NCBI GenBank assembly: GCA_001600695.1
Contig: BCKQ01000002.1
Location: 827,184 to 891,183 of the forward strand
Length of the DNA: 64,000 bases
From: Ascoidea asiatica JCM 7603
Lineage: Eukaryota > Fungi > Ascomycota
Reading direction: 5' to 3'
Shown piece after piece: positions 34,158 to 46,800 of the stretch (position 1 is its first letter; the number at the start of each line of letters is the position of its first letter). The notes under the pieces were generated by a model. The model saw only the letters and a list, made by a program, of their open reading frames with translations. It searched no databases and had not been told where the DNA came from. Position numbers and translations under genes: made by a program.

Positions 34158-34384
34158 ATATTTTCTTTAAAATTGAACTAAAAATTAAAAGTTAAATAAA
34201 CATTTAAAAAATTCAAAAAATCTCTTTTTAAAAAAAAAAACAATTCATGGCTTATATTCTTTCTTTTCTTAATCTCATTTTCTTTTTTCCATACTAATTT
34301 TACTTATCTTGCTTTTTATTTATTTATTTATTTATTTACTTTCTTATTTATTTATTAATTTCAATACATATATTACTTATAAAT

Positions 34385-35656
34385 TTAATCAAATGGAATT
34401 CTATGTACTTTATTCTTTTGATTTTCAAATTCACTTGCAGCTATTGCACTTGGTAATTTAATTCCACAACAATCACCCCAAGTATGAATATGATTTGGTA
34501 TACCCATATCAGAATCCGGATCTAAAATTGAATCATTATTTTTATTTAAATTTAAATTTTTTAATTTTTCATTTAAATTTATTGTACTTGGAGTATTACC
34601 ATCAATTATAATATTTTTTGGAATTGAAACATTATTTGGAGCTGGTAAAATATTACCAAAAAAGAAATGTTGAATAATTGGTAATTTATTTAAAACTTCA
34701 CCTTTATACATTTTAATCATACCTTGGTTAACTTTTTTCCAAGTTTTAACAATTGAGATATCATCTAACATTGGAGAATGCCATCTTAAAGAAGAATTTG
34801 ATTTAATTTGATTAATAAAATAAATACAATGAAAATACATATATTTATCTTTAAATAAATCAATATAATCATTATTATGAATTGAATTTGGTTTTAAATG
34901 TTTATGAGTTGATAATTGTGATGAACCAAATAAAAATGGTAAAAAATGATAATCATCTAAACCCCAAACACCATGAGAACCAGCAGGTTCTAACCAATAT
35001 TTTTTTTGTAAAATTCTCATAATTTTTATATATTTATTAAAAATTTTTAAAATTATTGAAATTGAATCAATTTTTAAATTTAAAATTTTAATTTTTTTTA
35101 AACATAATAAAAATGAAATAAAATTTAATTCATGACCTGAACCATAATCAATTCTAGTTCTATTTCCCCAAGATTCATTAAAATATCTAGTTAATTCAAT
35201 TCTTGGATCATTTTTAGGATCATTATTTTTATCAATTAAAATTTTTAATGAATTTATTTTTAATAAATAATTATTTGAATTTTTTGTAATTTGATCATAA
35301 AAAGATCTAAATTCAATTTTACCAAATCTTGAAATATTTTTATCTTTTAAAACAGGAAATTTTTCAATATCATTAATTACAAAATCTAAAATTTTTAAAA
35401 TATCTTTCACATTCTCAGAAATTTCACAATCATAATCATTATCTTTACCAATTACAGAATCTGATAAATTTTGAATAAATTCTATAAGTTCATTATAAGT
35501 TGAAGAATTTATCCATTTTTTTAAATCATCATCAGTTATTATTCTTCTTATTGGAGTTATATAATTTGTTATTAATTCAGGATCTGAAATTTGATTATTT
35601 TCATTATTATTTATCTTTTGATCTAAAGTAATTTGATGTTCTGAAGAAGTTGACAT
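34385..35656 (-). CDS. RRD2: PP2A activator (PTPA) Rrd2
   Basis: SRFGK, RIDYGSGHELNF, WLEPAGSHGVWGLDDY, HTWGDCCGIKLPSAIAA..PFD. Start moved from the track's TTG to the ATG at 35656. Confidence 0.93.
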   Translation of the reverse strand: MSTSSEHQITLDQKINNNENNQISDPELITNYITPIRRIITDDDLKKWINSSTYNELIEFIQNLSDSVIGKDNDYDCEISENVKDILKILDFVINDIEKFPVLKDKNISRFGKIEFRSFYDQITKNSNNYLLKINSLKILIDKNNDPKNDPRIELTRYFNESWGNRTRIDYGSGHELNFISFLLCLKKIKILNLKIDSISIILKIFNKYIKIMRILQKKYWLEPAGSHGVWGLDDYHFLPFLFGSSQLSTHKHLKPNSIHNNDYIDLFKDKYMYFHCIYFINQIKSNSSLRWHSPMLDDISIVKTWKKVNQGMIKMYKGEVLNKLPIIQHFFFGNILPAPNNVSIPKNIIIDGNTPSTINLNEKLKNLNLNKNNDSILDPDSDMGIPNHIHTWGDCCGIKLPSAIAASEFENQKNKVHRIPFD

Positions 35657-36301
35657 GTTTTGGAAATGAATTATCAATGATATTTAATTATATGAAAAAA
35701 CAGTTAAATAGTTTGTAATCTATTAATCAATTGATCAAGCATGAAATGAGTTAATATATATAATGATAATCTGAAATAATTACGAATGATTATAAAATTG
35801 GAATGATTTAAGTAGTTATGGAAGATGAAGAAACAGAAGCAGAAGTACTGTCATGATGAACATCACCCACCACTTGCTCTGGCACTTTCTCTGGCACTTT
35901 CTTTAGCACTTTCTTTAGCAATCAAATCCGGGACAGAGCAGTACGGAAACACATACGGATAAGTTGCAAAAACCAAAGGTGTGGATCATGCAATATAATG
36001 TATTTTAATGTAATCTACTACGGTTAGTTGCATATGCTTCTAAATGTGATAATATGTGCTACAATGTTAAAATATGTAGTATTCAGATTTATGGTACTAC
36101 CAGCCATGTGGATGTTAATCAACTCAATTTATTTTGACAGTTCGAAGTTGATAATCAAATATTTTATTAACTCATTAATGAATAAAGAGATAAATCAAAT
36201 AATAAAGAAATGAGCAATCAATATAAATTGATCATAAATAAATACAGTAGATAATAATCAATTCATTAAAAACTACTTATCATTAAACATATTATTTGAG
36301 A

Positions 36302-37141
36302 ATGACTGAGCAAATGGAGAAATGTTTTGGAAAATTGTCTTTAGTTGACAATTCTATGCTAGAGTCTGAAGATCTTTTAACTAATCAAGATTTTAATCAA
36401 GATATGCTTTCAGAAAAGATAATGAGTCAATCAATGAACATTACTGATAACAATAGCGACAAAGAAATAATTGATATATTCGAACAATATTTTGATACAT
36501 TAGATCAAATATATCAATTAACAATTAGTATAAATACCTATTCTTCTTATGCTTTTTTAAATTTAGCAAGAGCAAATTATTCAAGTTTTAATTCTTCATA
36601 TAATAAAAAATATGGTCAATTAAATTGGGATTTAAGAAATAGAAATGAATTAGTTAATATAATAATAAATAATAATAAAATAGGTACTCAAAATAATTTA
36701 ACTTTTGAATTATTCAATAATTTACCAAATTTAACAAAAAATGATCAATTAAATGAAAATTTAAACACCTCAAATAGTTCAAGTACTTCAGATACTTCAA
36801 TAAATGAAAAAAATAGTGAAAATAATAAATCTCAATTAAGAAATAGATTAAATAATTCAAAATTGATTAAACAAGAAATAAATGATACAGATAAGGAAAC
36901 CGGTTTAAATGATTCAAATAAAAAGAAAAAATTAAGTAAATTTGATCCAATAAATATGTTTGGTGGTCCTTTAGTTAATCATCAATTAAAACAATCTCAA
37001 TCTTATTTCAAAAATGAATTAATTCAATTAATTCAATTACATAATTTGAAATTATCATTAAAAAACTTATCTATTAAATTACTCAATCTTAGTCAAAATG
37101 ATAATATTGATAATAATATTGATAATAAATTATATAAGTGA
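36302..37141 (+). CDS. VMA22: V-ATPase assembly factor Vma22/CCDC115
   Basis: FLNLARANY, YGQLNWDLR, DPINMFGG..LKQSQSYF. First ATG at 36302. Confidence 0.8.
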   Translation: MTEQMEKCFGKLSLVDNSMLESEDLLTNQDFNQDMLSEKIMSQSMNITDNNSDKEIIDIFEQYFDTLDQIYQLTISINTYSSYAFLNLARANYSSFNSSYNKKYGQLNWDLRNRNELVNIIINNNKIGTQNNLTFELFNNLPNLTKNDQLNENLNTSNSSSTSDTSINEKNSENNKSQLRNRLNNSKLIKQEINDTDKETGLNDSNKKKKLSKFDPINMFGGPLVNHQLKQSQSYFKNELIQLIQLHNLKLSLKNLSIKLLNLSQNDNIDNNIDNKLYK

Positions 37142-37152
37142 TTTTAAATATC

Positions 37153-39192
37153 TTACACAATTATCATTATTAATATCATACAACTTAAAACTTTTGTTAA
37201 AAATAAATTATCATGAATAAATGAACTTCCAAAATTCTGACTAACATCCGATGTCTGAACTGATCCAGATTCTGTCGTTGTTGCTGAACTTGAACTTTGT
37301 TCGGATGTAGATGTAGACTTAGATACAGAAGAAGATGAAGAAGAAGAAGATAAATCAGTTAAAGAATTAGTTGTAGCAGCATTTGATGTCTCATTAATTA
37401 TAGATTTATTACTACTATTATAATTCCAACAATAATTATCAAAACATTCATTACAAATTTTTGGTAAAGTTTCATTATTTTTATCAAATGATCTTTTTAA
37501 TAATGCACATCCAATACATGTTGACCAATTTTTATCTAAAGTATTATTATTTCTTGTTGAAGTTTCAAATCCATTTTTAACCATTTTTAATTTTTCATCT
37601 TGTGTATAAACTAATTTAGTTGTTGAAGTATTTGAATTATATGAAAATTTAGAATTTGGTATATAAACAATTAATGGTGGTATATTTGATAATTTTGTGA
37701 AATTTTTTGAATCACATCCAAAAAATGCTGGATTTTTATTATATCCTAAATTTATAAATTCTTTTGTTGTTGGTACATATGGAAATGAAGTTCCATTACC
37801 TTGAATTGTAAATTGTCTTTCATATGTTGAAACCATTGATGAACCATTTGGCCAATTATAATTTGTATCATCACTATTATCAAAAGCTAAAATAAAATCA
37901 ATATTTCTTTCAGGTTGAATTAATGGTGAAAATGGTATAACTTGATTATCATAACCACCATCAACTAAATATAAACTTTCTGAATTTTTTAAAGATTTAC
38001 TTGAACCAAAATTTTGACCTTTAAATGGATTTGGTTCATAAATTGCAATATCATTATTTTCACCATTTGAACCATCACCTAAATCATCTAAAAAACTTGA
38101 AATAAAAGTTTTAATTGTATTTGATAAAGATGCAGATTTAATTAATTTAGATATATTAAAACTTGTAAAAATTGATGATGATGTACCCATTATAAAACCA
38201 GCATTATCAAAACCTGAAATACATGATTCATTATTATATGGTTTACCATTTGTAACATTAGAACCTAAATATTTTATATCAAAAAATGAATTTAAAGATT
38301 TATCCCAAGAACCAATTTCAAAAGGATTAAATTCAAAAACAGTTGAATTAAAATTAAAAATTTTTGAACCTGGAGTTCTACCTAAAGCTAAAGAAAATGG
38401 TAATGGCATTTTACCATTTAAAAATACCCTTGAATTTCTTAAAGTTGACCAAGTTAAAGCAGAACCATAATCAAAATTTGATAAATTTGTAAAAAATTGT
38501 CTTGATAATAATCTACCCCAAGCATCAGTTAAACTTACATTAAAACCAGCATCTTTTTTATCATTTAAATCATCATTTAAATCATTATAAATTTGATAAG
38601 TTGAAGATAAATTTGAAGTACTTAAAGAAATATTTGTATTAAAAATTGAATTATTTAAATCCCAAATATTATTTTGTTCGAAAATTAAATTTTGAATACT
38701 TGTCCAATTATTCATTGCAATTGTACCAACTAACCAATTACCACCAGATAAACCAGATATATAAGTAAAAGTATCTAATAAACCAGCTAATTTACCATCA
38801 TTAAAAGCATTTAAAGTTCTATTATCTAAAGCAGATAATTGACCAGCACCTGCTAACATTGCTCTAAAACTACCACCAGAAAATGCAACAGATGATCTTA
38901 TTGGATTTTTAAAATTATCAATTTTTTTAATATAAGTATTTGAAATATTTGTATTATAAGTTAAAAATTTTTTTAAATTTATTGAAGTAAAATTATCTCT
39001 TTTTAAAAGCCAATTTTTTTCAGATTGACTTATTGAAGAAGCATTTCTTAATAAAATTGAAGAATTTAAATTACTATTTATTGGACAAGAAACTTTTCCA
39101 GGAGCATAAGAATTTGTTGGAGACCAAGCTTTAATCAAATTAAAGAAAGTAAAAAGAATTAAGAAATTAGAGATAAATTTTATATTTTTCAT
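37153..39192 (-). CDS. PLB1: Secreted/GPI-anchored lysophospholipase (phospholipase B)
   Basis: Signal peptide + WSPTNSYAP, SGGxxRAM, GLSGG nucleophile, LVDGG, Ser/Thr tract and hydrophobic C-terminus. Exact paralog is uncertain. Confidence 0.88.
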   Translation of the reverse strand: MKNIKFISNFLILFTFFNLIKAWSPTNSYAPGKVSCPINSNLNSSILLRNASSISQSEKNWLLKRDNFTSINLKKFLTYNTNISNTYIKKIDNFKNPIRSSVAFSGGSFRAMLAGAGQLSALDNRTLNAFNDGKLAGLLDTFTYISGLSGGNWLVGTIAMNNWTSIQNLIFEQNNIWDLNNSIFNTNISLSTSNLSSTYQIYNDLNDDLNDKKDAGFNVSLTDAWGRLLSRQFFTNLSNFDYGSALTWSTLRNSRVFLNGKMPLPFSLALGRTPGSKIFNFNSTVFEFNPFEIGSWDKSLNSFFDIKYLGSNVTNGKPYNNESCISGFDNAGFIMGTSSSIFTSFNISKLIKSASLSNTIKTFISSFLDDLGDGSNGENNDIAIYEPNPFKGQNFGSSKSLKNSESLYLVDGGYDNQVIPFSPLIQPERNIDFILAFDNSDDTNYNWPNGSSMVSTYERQFTIQGNGTSFPYVPTTKEFINLGYNKNPAFFGCDSKNFTKLSNIPPLIVYIPNSKFSYNSNTSTTKLVYTQDEKLKMVKNGFETSTRNNNTLDKNWSTCIGCALLKRSFDKNNETLPKICNECFDNYCWNYNSSNKSIINETSNAATTNSLTDLSSSSSSSSVSKSTSTSEQSSSSATTTESGSVQTSDVSQNFGSSFIHDNLFLTKVLSCMILIMIIV

Positions 39193-40025
39193 TTTAAATA
39201 ATTAGCTTAGCTTATGGTTAATAGATAGTAGATTATAAATAATATGATAAGAAAAAGCAAAAAAAAAAAAATAGATAACAATTATTTTCAATAAATATAT
39301 ATAATACAATGAATAGTTTATTTAAATAAATTTCAATTTCAATATTGTTGAATAATGAAAATAAGAAGAGGAATATAAACTTTATTATAAATTTATTCAA
39401 ATACAGTATATTTATATTGAGAGATTATTGAATAATATGAATAATTTGATGAATAATTGAACTATTGAATATTGAAAAATAAAGTCAACAAACTTTTTTA
39501 TTAAATTTATTAGATTTATTCAACAATTGGCAATTGAAATACTCTTTAAACAAGGTTACCTACTTAGTTATTATAAATAATCGAATAATTGAATATCCAT
39601 GTATATGGAGAGCAGTGTATTTACTTTCAATTCATAATTATTGTTAATAATTCTCCTCGAATGATTAGTAATAATAGTTAAAAATTGCACCTATTTTTGA
39701 TATATTGAAGATATATTTTTTTTGATTGAACAAGAACCATAAAACAGGAACTGCAAACAAAGAAACTACTTCAGGAATAAGCAAGATTCTATCATCTTGG
39801 TATTTCAGTTGTATTCTTTGATTGTTTATCATCTTTTGTTATTTTATTAATACATTGTTTGATTGATAGACCATTACATGTGCATAATATTTCAAGAGTG
39901 GTTGCTGATATCACTTTCATATGGCAAATTCAACAGTTTTTTTCTTCAATTCGCTTTCGTAAAGAAATAAAGGTTTAAAAGTTTATAAACGTTGAAGCAT
40001 TGAGAAGCTTCGAAGTTGGAGGTTT

Positions 40026-40034
40026 GCTCATCGC
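40026..40034 (-). promoter_or_regulatory. PAC element (GCGATGAGC) upstream of BUD22
   Basis: Perfect PAC motif about 370 bp upstream of a ribosome-biogenesis gene. Confidence 0.65.
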
Positions 40035-40399
40035 TCGAGCAAGATCAGCCTCACCATCCAGATCCAGCAACATCAAGCCACAGAGGGGAGGTGCTATTTC
40101 GAGGGTTATTCGGATAATCACATGACTGATAATGTAATATACTGCTGTTTAAAGTATTTGTCAGTACTAAAACATAATAGTACATTAGACCCTTCTTTCT
40201 GGTTATTAGATTCAAAACCATCAGTTTGGATCCTAAATATTTCGATATTTTTTTTTTTTAGTTTGATAAAAGCTAAAGATTAAAAGTAATTTATTTCAAT
40301 ATGTTTCAATCTTATTGAATATTTCAAATAATATTTCAATTAGGTTATCAGTTGATTTATTATATTACAGGAAAGAATCTTTTCAAATAGATAAACAAA

Positions 40400-41941
40400 A
40401 TGAAAGAAAGGTCAACTGATGCTCAGTTGCTACGATTAGATATTTTAGAATCTTATTTTCTTAAATTACCAACAAGATATTCAAAGACAACTTTATTAAT
40501 AAATAAAAGACAAAATAAATTACTTTTAAAAAATAAGAATGAAGCAATTGAAGAAATTAATTATTTAAAAAAAGAATTAATTAATAAAAAAATATATTAT
40601 TTCATAAATAAATTAAATAAACTTTTAAAAATTTCAATTAAAGAAGAAATAAATAAAATTAATTTAAAATTAAAAACAAATGAAAAATCAAATATTAAAT
40701 TGAAATTAAATGAAAAACAAATTGAATTATTAAATTATGAAAAAAATTTATTAAATTTAAAAAACTCAGATGATTTAGATTTAAATAAAATTTTCAATAA
40801 TGATGGAATTCAAATTATTTCAACACAAAGAATTTTAAAAATTTTTAAGAATTTATTTATAAAAAATTGTAAATTTTTTAAAAATGATAAAAATCATTTA
40901 AATAATGAATTTAATTATATACCTGAATGGGTTAAAGATTCTTTAATTAATGATAAAGATAAATATAATCCATTTAAATTTAATAAAGATTTCAATAATA
41001 ATAATATAATAATCAATTTATTATCAAGATTAATTAATAATAAAAAAATTAAAGAATTTTTAAATTTATCAAAATTATCTTTAAAGATTATTAATGGACC
41101 AGTTTCAAAAATTGATAAACAAATTTTAAATAAAAATAATTTTGAAAAAGAATTGAATAGTGATATAAATAATGATATAAGTAATAACATTGATCAAAAT
41201 TCAATTGAAGATTCATCAAGTGATGAAAGTAAAGTTGAGAATGTTAAAGAAAAAGAAGAAGAAGAGGAAGATTTAGATATGGAATTTTCAGGATATGATA
41301 AGATGATTGTAGCCTCCTCGGATGAAGAATGTGAAGATAATTTAGAATCTAAAGATATTAATTATAATACTGTTACAGACTTAGAAGAATCTGAAGTTGA
41401 ATCAGATAATGAATCGGATAATGAATCAGATGGTGATTCTATGTTTGAGAGTGAAATGAGTGAAAAAGAAGAACCAAAGAAAGAGAAGAAGATAAAAAAA
41501 GAAAAGAGGAAAATAATATTACCAGCACTTACAATTGGATATATTTCTGGAAATTCAGATAGTGATATAGATGATGATAAAATTGTTAAAAAAATTACAA
41601 CTGAACGTAAAAATAGAAGAGGACAAAGAGCAAGACAAAAAATTTGGGAAGAGAAATATGGTAATAAAGCAAAACATTTAAAAAAAGAGATTGAAAATAG
41701 AAGAGAAGAAAGATTAAAAAAACAAAAAGAATTTGAAGAAAGAGAGAAAAAAAGAAAAGAAAAAGCTAGAAATAATCCAAATTTAAAAGAAAAAAGTAAC
41801 TTTGATAAAGATAATAAAGATAAAAACAAAGTTGATAAATTTAAGAGTATTGGAAATAATGAAATGCATCCATCATGGATTGCAAAACAGAAAGCAAAAG
41901 AAGTTATTGCAAATACTAAATTTCAAGGTAAAAAGATTGTC

Positions 41942-41947
<6 letters not shown>
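40400..41947 (+). CDS. BUD22: Ribosome biogenesis factor Bud22
   Basis: LPAL..GYISG, RKNRRGQRARQKIWEEKYG, HPSW, FQGKKIVF. Confidence 0.92.
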
Positions 41948-41986
<39 letters not shown>

Positions 41987-42007
41987 ATGTGTGTGTGTAT
42001 GTGTGTG
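41947..42007. repeat. Compound (AT)n(GT)n microsatellite between BUD22 and OAR1
   Basis: Read directly from the sequence. Confidence 0.9.
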
Positions 42008-42035
42008 ATTGAAGATAATATATAATGGTATATAA

Positions 42036-42950
42036 TTAAGTAGCAGTATAACCATCATCAATAATAATTGATTGAGCATTAATATTTTTTGACTTAATTA
42101 AGAATAAAACAGTATTTGCAATTTCTTTTGAATTTATATAATTATTTTTTAATAAATTTTTTTTATAATAAAAATTAGAATCTAAGTTTGAAGTCATTTT
42201 TGAATTTACTAAACCTGGACAAATAGAATTAACTCTAATTTTTTTTGAAGATAATTCAACAGCTAAAGATTTTGAAAAAGATAATAAAGCACCTTTTGTA
42301 GCTGAATAAATAGAAGTACCTGAAATTCCAGTTATTGCTAAAATTGAAGAAATATTAATAATTATATTATTAATATTATTATTAATATTATTATTAGATT
42401 CTTTTTGTTTAATAATATTTCTTAACATGAATTTAATAATTTTTTTAGTTAAAATTATTGGACCAAGAAGATTTGTATTTAAAATTGATTGAATTTGATT
42501 AATATTTGAATTTAATAATAATGAATTTTGAGAAATTCCAGCATTATTAATTAAAATATTTACATTTTTTAAAGAATTATTATTTAATAATGAAATTTTT
42601 TCATTAATTGAAATTGGATCAGATATATCACAAACTATATATGAATGATTAGAAATATGATAATTATTTAAATTATTTAAATAATTTATTGAATTTTTTA
42701 ATAAATTTTCATTTCTTGATAATAATATACAATCACAACCTAATTTTGCTAAAGTTTTTGCAATTTCAAAACCAATACCTTGTGAAGAACCTGTAATTAA
42801 AGCTGTATTATTAATTAATGGTAAAATTGAATTATTTAATGAAATTTTTGAAATTGAGAAATATCTTTTATTTATTAAATAAATTGAATTTAATTTGAAA
42901 TTTTTTCTTATTATTAAAGGAAATGAAATGATTTTAGAATTAAGTATCAT
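42036..42950 (-). CDS. OAR1: Mitochondrial 3-oxoacyl-ACP reductase (SDR, FabG-like)
   Basis: Basic presequence, TGSSQGIG, NNAG, YSATK, RVNSICPG. Confidence 0.78.
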   Translation of the reverse strand: MILNSKIISFPLIIRKNFKLNSIYLINKRYFSISKISLNNSILPLINNTALITGSSQGIGFEIAKTLAKLGCDCILLSRNENLLKNSINYLNNLNNYHISNHSYIVCDISDPISINEKISLLNNNSLKNVNILINNAGISQNSLLLNSNINQIQSILNTNLLGPIILTKKIIKFMLRNIIKQKESNNNINNNINNIIINISSILAITGISGTSIYSATKGALLSFSKSLAVELSSKKIRVNSICPGLVNSKMTSNLDSNFYYKKNLLKNNYINSKEIANTVLFLIKSKNINAQSIIIDDGYTAT

Positions 42951-43828
42951 TAGAATTGAATTGAATTGAATTGAATTGAGTTGAGATTATGAGATAATAA
43001 CTTTAATTGTGATAGTAGTTGAAGAGTATGCCTGGTTGCTTGAAGAAGATGAAACTGATTGACCTTCAGCAAGAACAGCAAAAGATGGTGCTTTTGAATC
43101 TAAAACTGTTTCATTTCTCAATTCCCTCGTTCAGACTCGAATCCTCGGCTGCTTGTCCTAGAAAGAAGAGTATCCTGAATATTTGACCCAAATAATACTA
43201 AAATGTGTCCTAAGCTTCACTATACATTGAAAAACAGAATCATACATATGCCAACATAATCCACCACTGAGGTACTACCACTGCTAAGGTTACAATAACT
43301 TGTTCTTTTTACTGTCCGTGTCCTGCCTGTTATCTGTCCCTGGCTTCCTTTCTGCTTCTCTGTTACTGCTTCTCTGTTACTGCTTCTCTGTTACTTTTAG
43401 CTTTGCTCTGCTCTCTGCTCACTTCTTACTCGAATAGAAAAAAAGGCATTTGCATTCCCAATCTGAAATCAAAAAATCAAAGCAGAATCACTCTAAATCT
43501 CAAAGCTTAAGCTCACCGGTATCATATCATTATCAACTAATTCATTAAATTTTTATAAAAAATGAAGTTAAATTCATAAAAAAAGTTAAAACCCTCTCTC
43601 TCTCTTTCATTTCATCTAAAAAATATACAAAATTATTCATTTTTATAATATGATATATTACTATATCTAAATAAAAGATATAATTAAATAAACAAATAAT
43701 TAAACAATTATTTAAAAAAAAATATTTCAAATCTTACATATGTTAATCACTTAAACAAACAAACAAACAAACAAACAAAAAAAATAAATAAATAAATAAA
43801 TAAATTCCATAAATTTAGCTAATCAATA

Positions 43829-46800
43829 ATGTCAAATCCATCAAATTTTACAAGTATAAGAATTCAAGAACCTCCAAAACCTATAAAAATTAAAAAAATT
43901 AAATTAAAAAAAAATAATGAAAAAATTAATTCAAGAAATTCTTTTTCAAAATGTAAAAATCTTTTATTAACTTCAAAAGAATTAAATAATTTAAATAATT
44001 TAAAAAATGGTAAAATTCCTGCTTATACTACTGTTTCTTTAAAAATTTTATCTCCCTTAAATAATATTAATAACTCTAACTCTAATAATAATTCTAATAA
44101 TGAATTAAATGATTCAAATACTTTAAATATTAATACTATTTTAGATACAAATTCAAGTATTCTTTCAAATAATTTATCTTCTTTAAATGTATCTGAAAAC
44201 TCTTCTTGTATTAATTTAAATAATAACAATAATGATAAATCTACAAAACTTAATAACATTAATAATAAAAATAATTCATCAATCATTAATTCTTTTTCTT
44301 CTAATTCTAATAGTTCCAATAGTATTCTAACTAATAATACCAATAATACCAATAATACCAATAATACCAATAATACTAACAATAGTTGTGATAATTTCAT
44401 ACCAAGAATCTCTTTTGATACAGTTAATATAAGTTATTCATCATGTCCAAAATATGATTTTTATAAACATTATGATGATACTCAAGATCGTAATCAAGCT
44501 ATAGCTCATTCAATGGATTATATATCTCCATCTGGTAAAAAATATAATTCATATGGTACTCCTGAAATTAATAATTTACCAAATAGCTTTTTTTATCTGA
44601 TTAATGATCAACAAAAGACTTTTCAAAATTTAAAAAATAAATTATATAATTTAGATGGTCCAATTTTAAATTCAAAAAAAATTAATGAAAATGATAAATT
44701 TTTAAAAACTTATATTTCTATAAAAACTCATAAAAATTTTAAAAATTTATATTCAATTTCAAATCCTATAAAAAATTTAAAACCAATTTTACCTGGTAGA
44801 GTTATCATGGTTTATATTTCTGGTAGAAGACATACTTGGGTCTCTTTAGATTGGGTTATTCATAATCTTTTAGAAAATGGTGATACTTTAATTGTTTTAT
44901 CTGCAATTCGTGAAGAAGCTATAAATAATAATAATAATAAAAATAATTTCATCTCAGGTTCAACTTATTTTCAAAAATCAAAAGATTTATCTTTATCTCC
45001 TAAATTTAATTCAAATTCTAATAACTTTAGTAATGATTTTGATGATTTATATCCAATTAATTCTTTAAATTCAATTAATAGTAATAGAACTTTAAGTCCT
45101 TCTGTACAAAGAGGTCGTTCAAGATCAAATTTTAGATCAAATAATTCAACAAGATCTCCAACTCCAATAAGATCTCCAACTCCAATTTTAAATAAACTGA
45201 ATTTTAATAATAAAATTAATAATAATAATATTAATTCAAATTTAAAAACAATTCAAAGTGTTCCATTATTAAATAATAATTTAAAAAATAAAATTTATTA
45301 TGATAATGAAAATTCATTAAAAAAAACTGCAGATAATTTAATGGATTATATTTTTAAAATTATTAATCCAAATTTAATTATTAAAGTTATATTAGAATTT
45401 GCAATTGGTAGTACTAAAATTTCTTTAGAAAAAGCAATAGATTTATATAAACCTTCAATGTTAATTGTTTCAATAAAACCAAGAGTTAATCTTGAATCAA
45501 AAACTAAATGGTCAAGTAGAAGATTAACTGATCGTTTAGTTAAAAATTATCAATGTCCAATTGTTATTGTACCTGCTTTAAAAATGGATGATTTTGAAAT
45601 TAATTTATTTAATGAATTAAATAAAAGATATAATAACAATAATAATAATAATCATCAAGAAGAAGAAAAAGAAGAAAAAGAAGAAAGTAATAATAATAAT
45701 AATAAAAATAAATGTGGTAATAAACCTGCTTTACATCTTAATGAAACTAGTACAAAATCTGCTCCTGCATTATTTTCAACTATAAATAATCCTTCAAATT
45801 TAAATATTGAACCAATAAATGATTCAATAAGTTCTGTTTTAAATTCAGAGAAAAGTTCAGAAAAGAGTTCTATAAATTCTCCAAAATATCCAAGTTCAAT
45901 AATTAGTAATAATTTTTCATCAACAGATTCCGAAGAATATAATGAAGATTCAGAAAGTGATAGTGATTGTAATAGTTCAGAATCTAGTGAAAATGGTGAT
46001 GATGATGACGATGATGATGATAGTGATAGTGATGAAGATTATAATAATATCAGTAGAAAAATCATTCGAAATCATAAAAAATCTCGTCATACATTAGTTA
46101 AACTTGATGCATCAGCACCAGATGATATACTTATAGAAAGAATTGGTGAAAGAGTTGAATTTTATGAAGATTGGCTTAATAAATCATTAAATGAAATTGA
46201 ATTATTTAATAATAAAAATATTAAAAATATTAAAAATATTAAAAATACTAAAGATAATAAAATAAATGATGTTAATGAAATTAATGAAGTTAATGAAAAT
46301 TATTATACAGATAAATTAAAAATGATTTCAGATTGTAATTTACATTTATCTCAACAACTTAAATTTTTAATTAAAAAATTACCACCTTCAAGTGATGGAG
46401 CAAAATTAGTTAGACAAATTACTGGTGATATTACAGGTAGTGAACAAAAATTTAAACCAATGATTCCAATGATTACATTAGCTTCAGATACAAAATCTAC
46501 ACCAAATTTAAGAAATTCTAAAATTTTAAATTCTTCAGGACCTTTCTTATCATCAACAAATTCAAATAATAATAGACCTCCAATGGCAAGTAGATCAAAA
46601 TCTTCAAATGCAGTTATTTCAAAAAATAAATTTTCAAAAAATTCTTTATCACCACATCGTTCTTTAGAACAAAGAGAAAAAAATCAAGAAAGATATGAAA
46701 GATCTGGAAGATCATTATCACCATTTTTTTGGAGAAGTAGTTCAAAAGAACCAAAAGGTGAAAATAATCGTTATTTTTCACCAGAAAAGAAATCTGGTCT

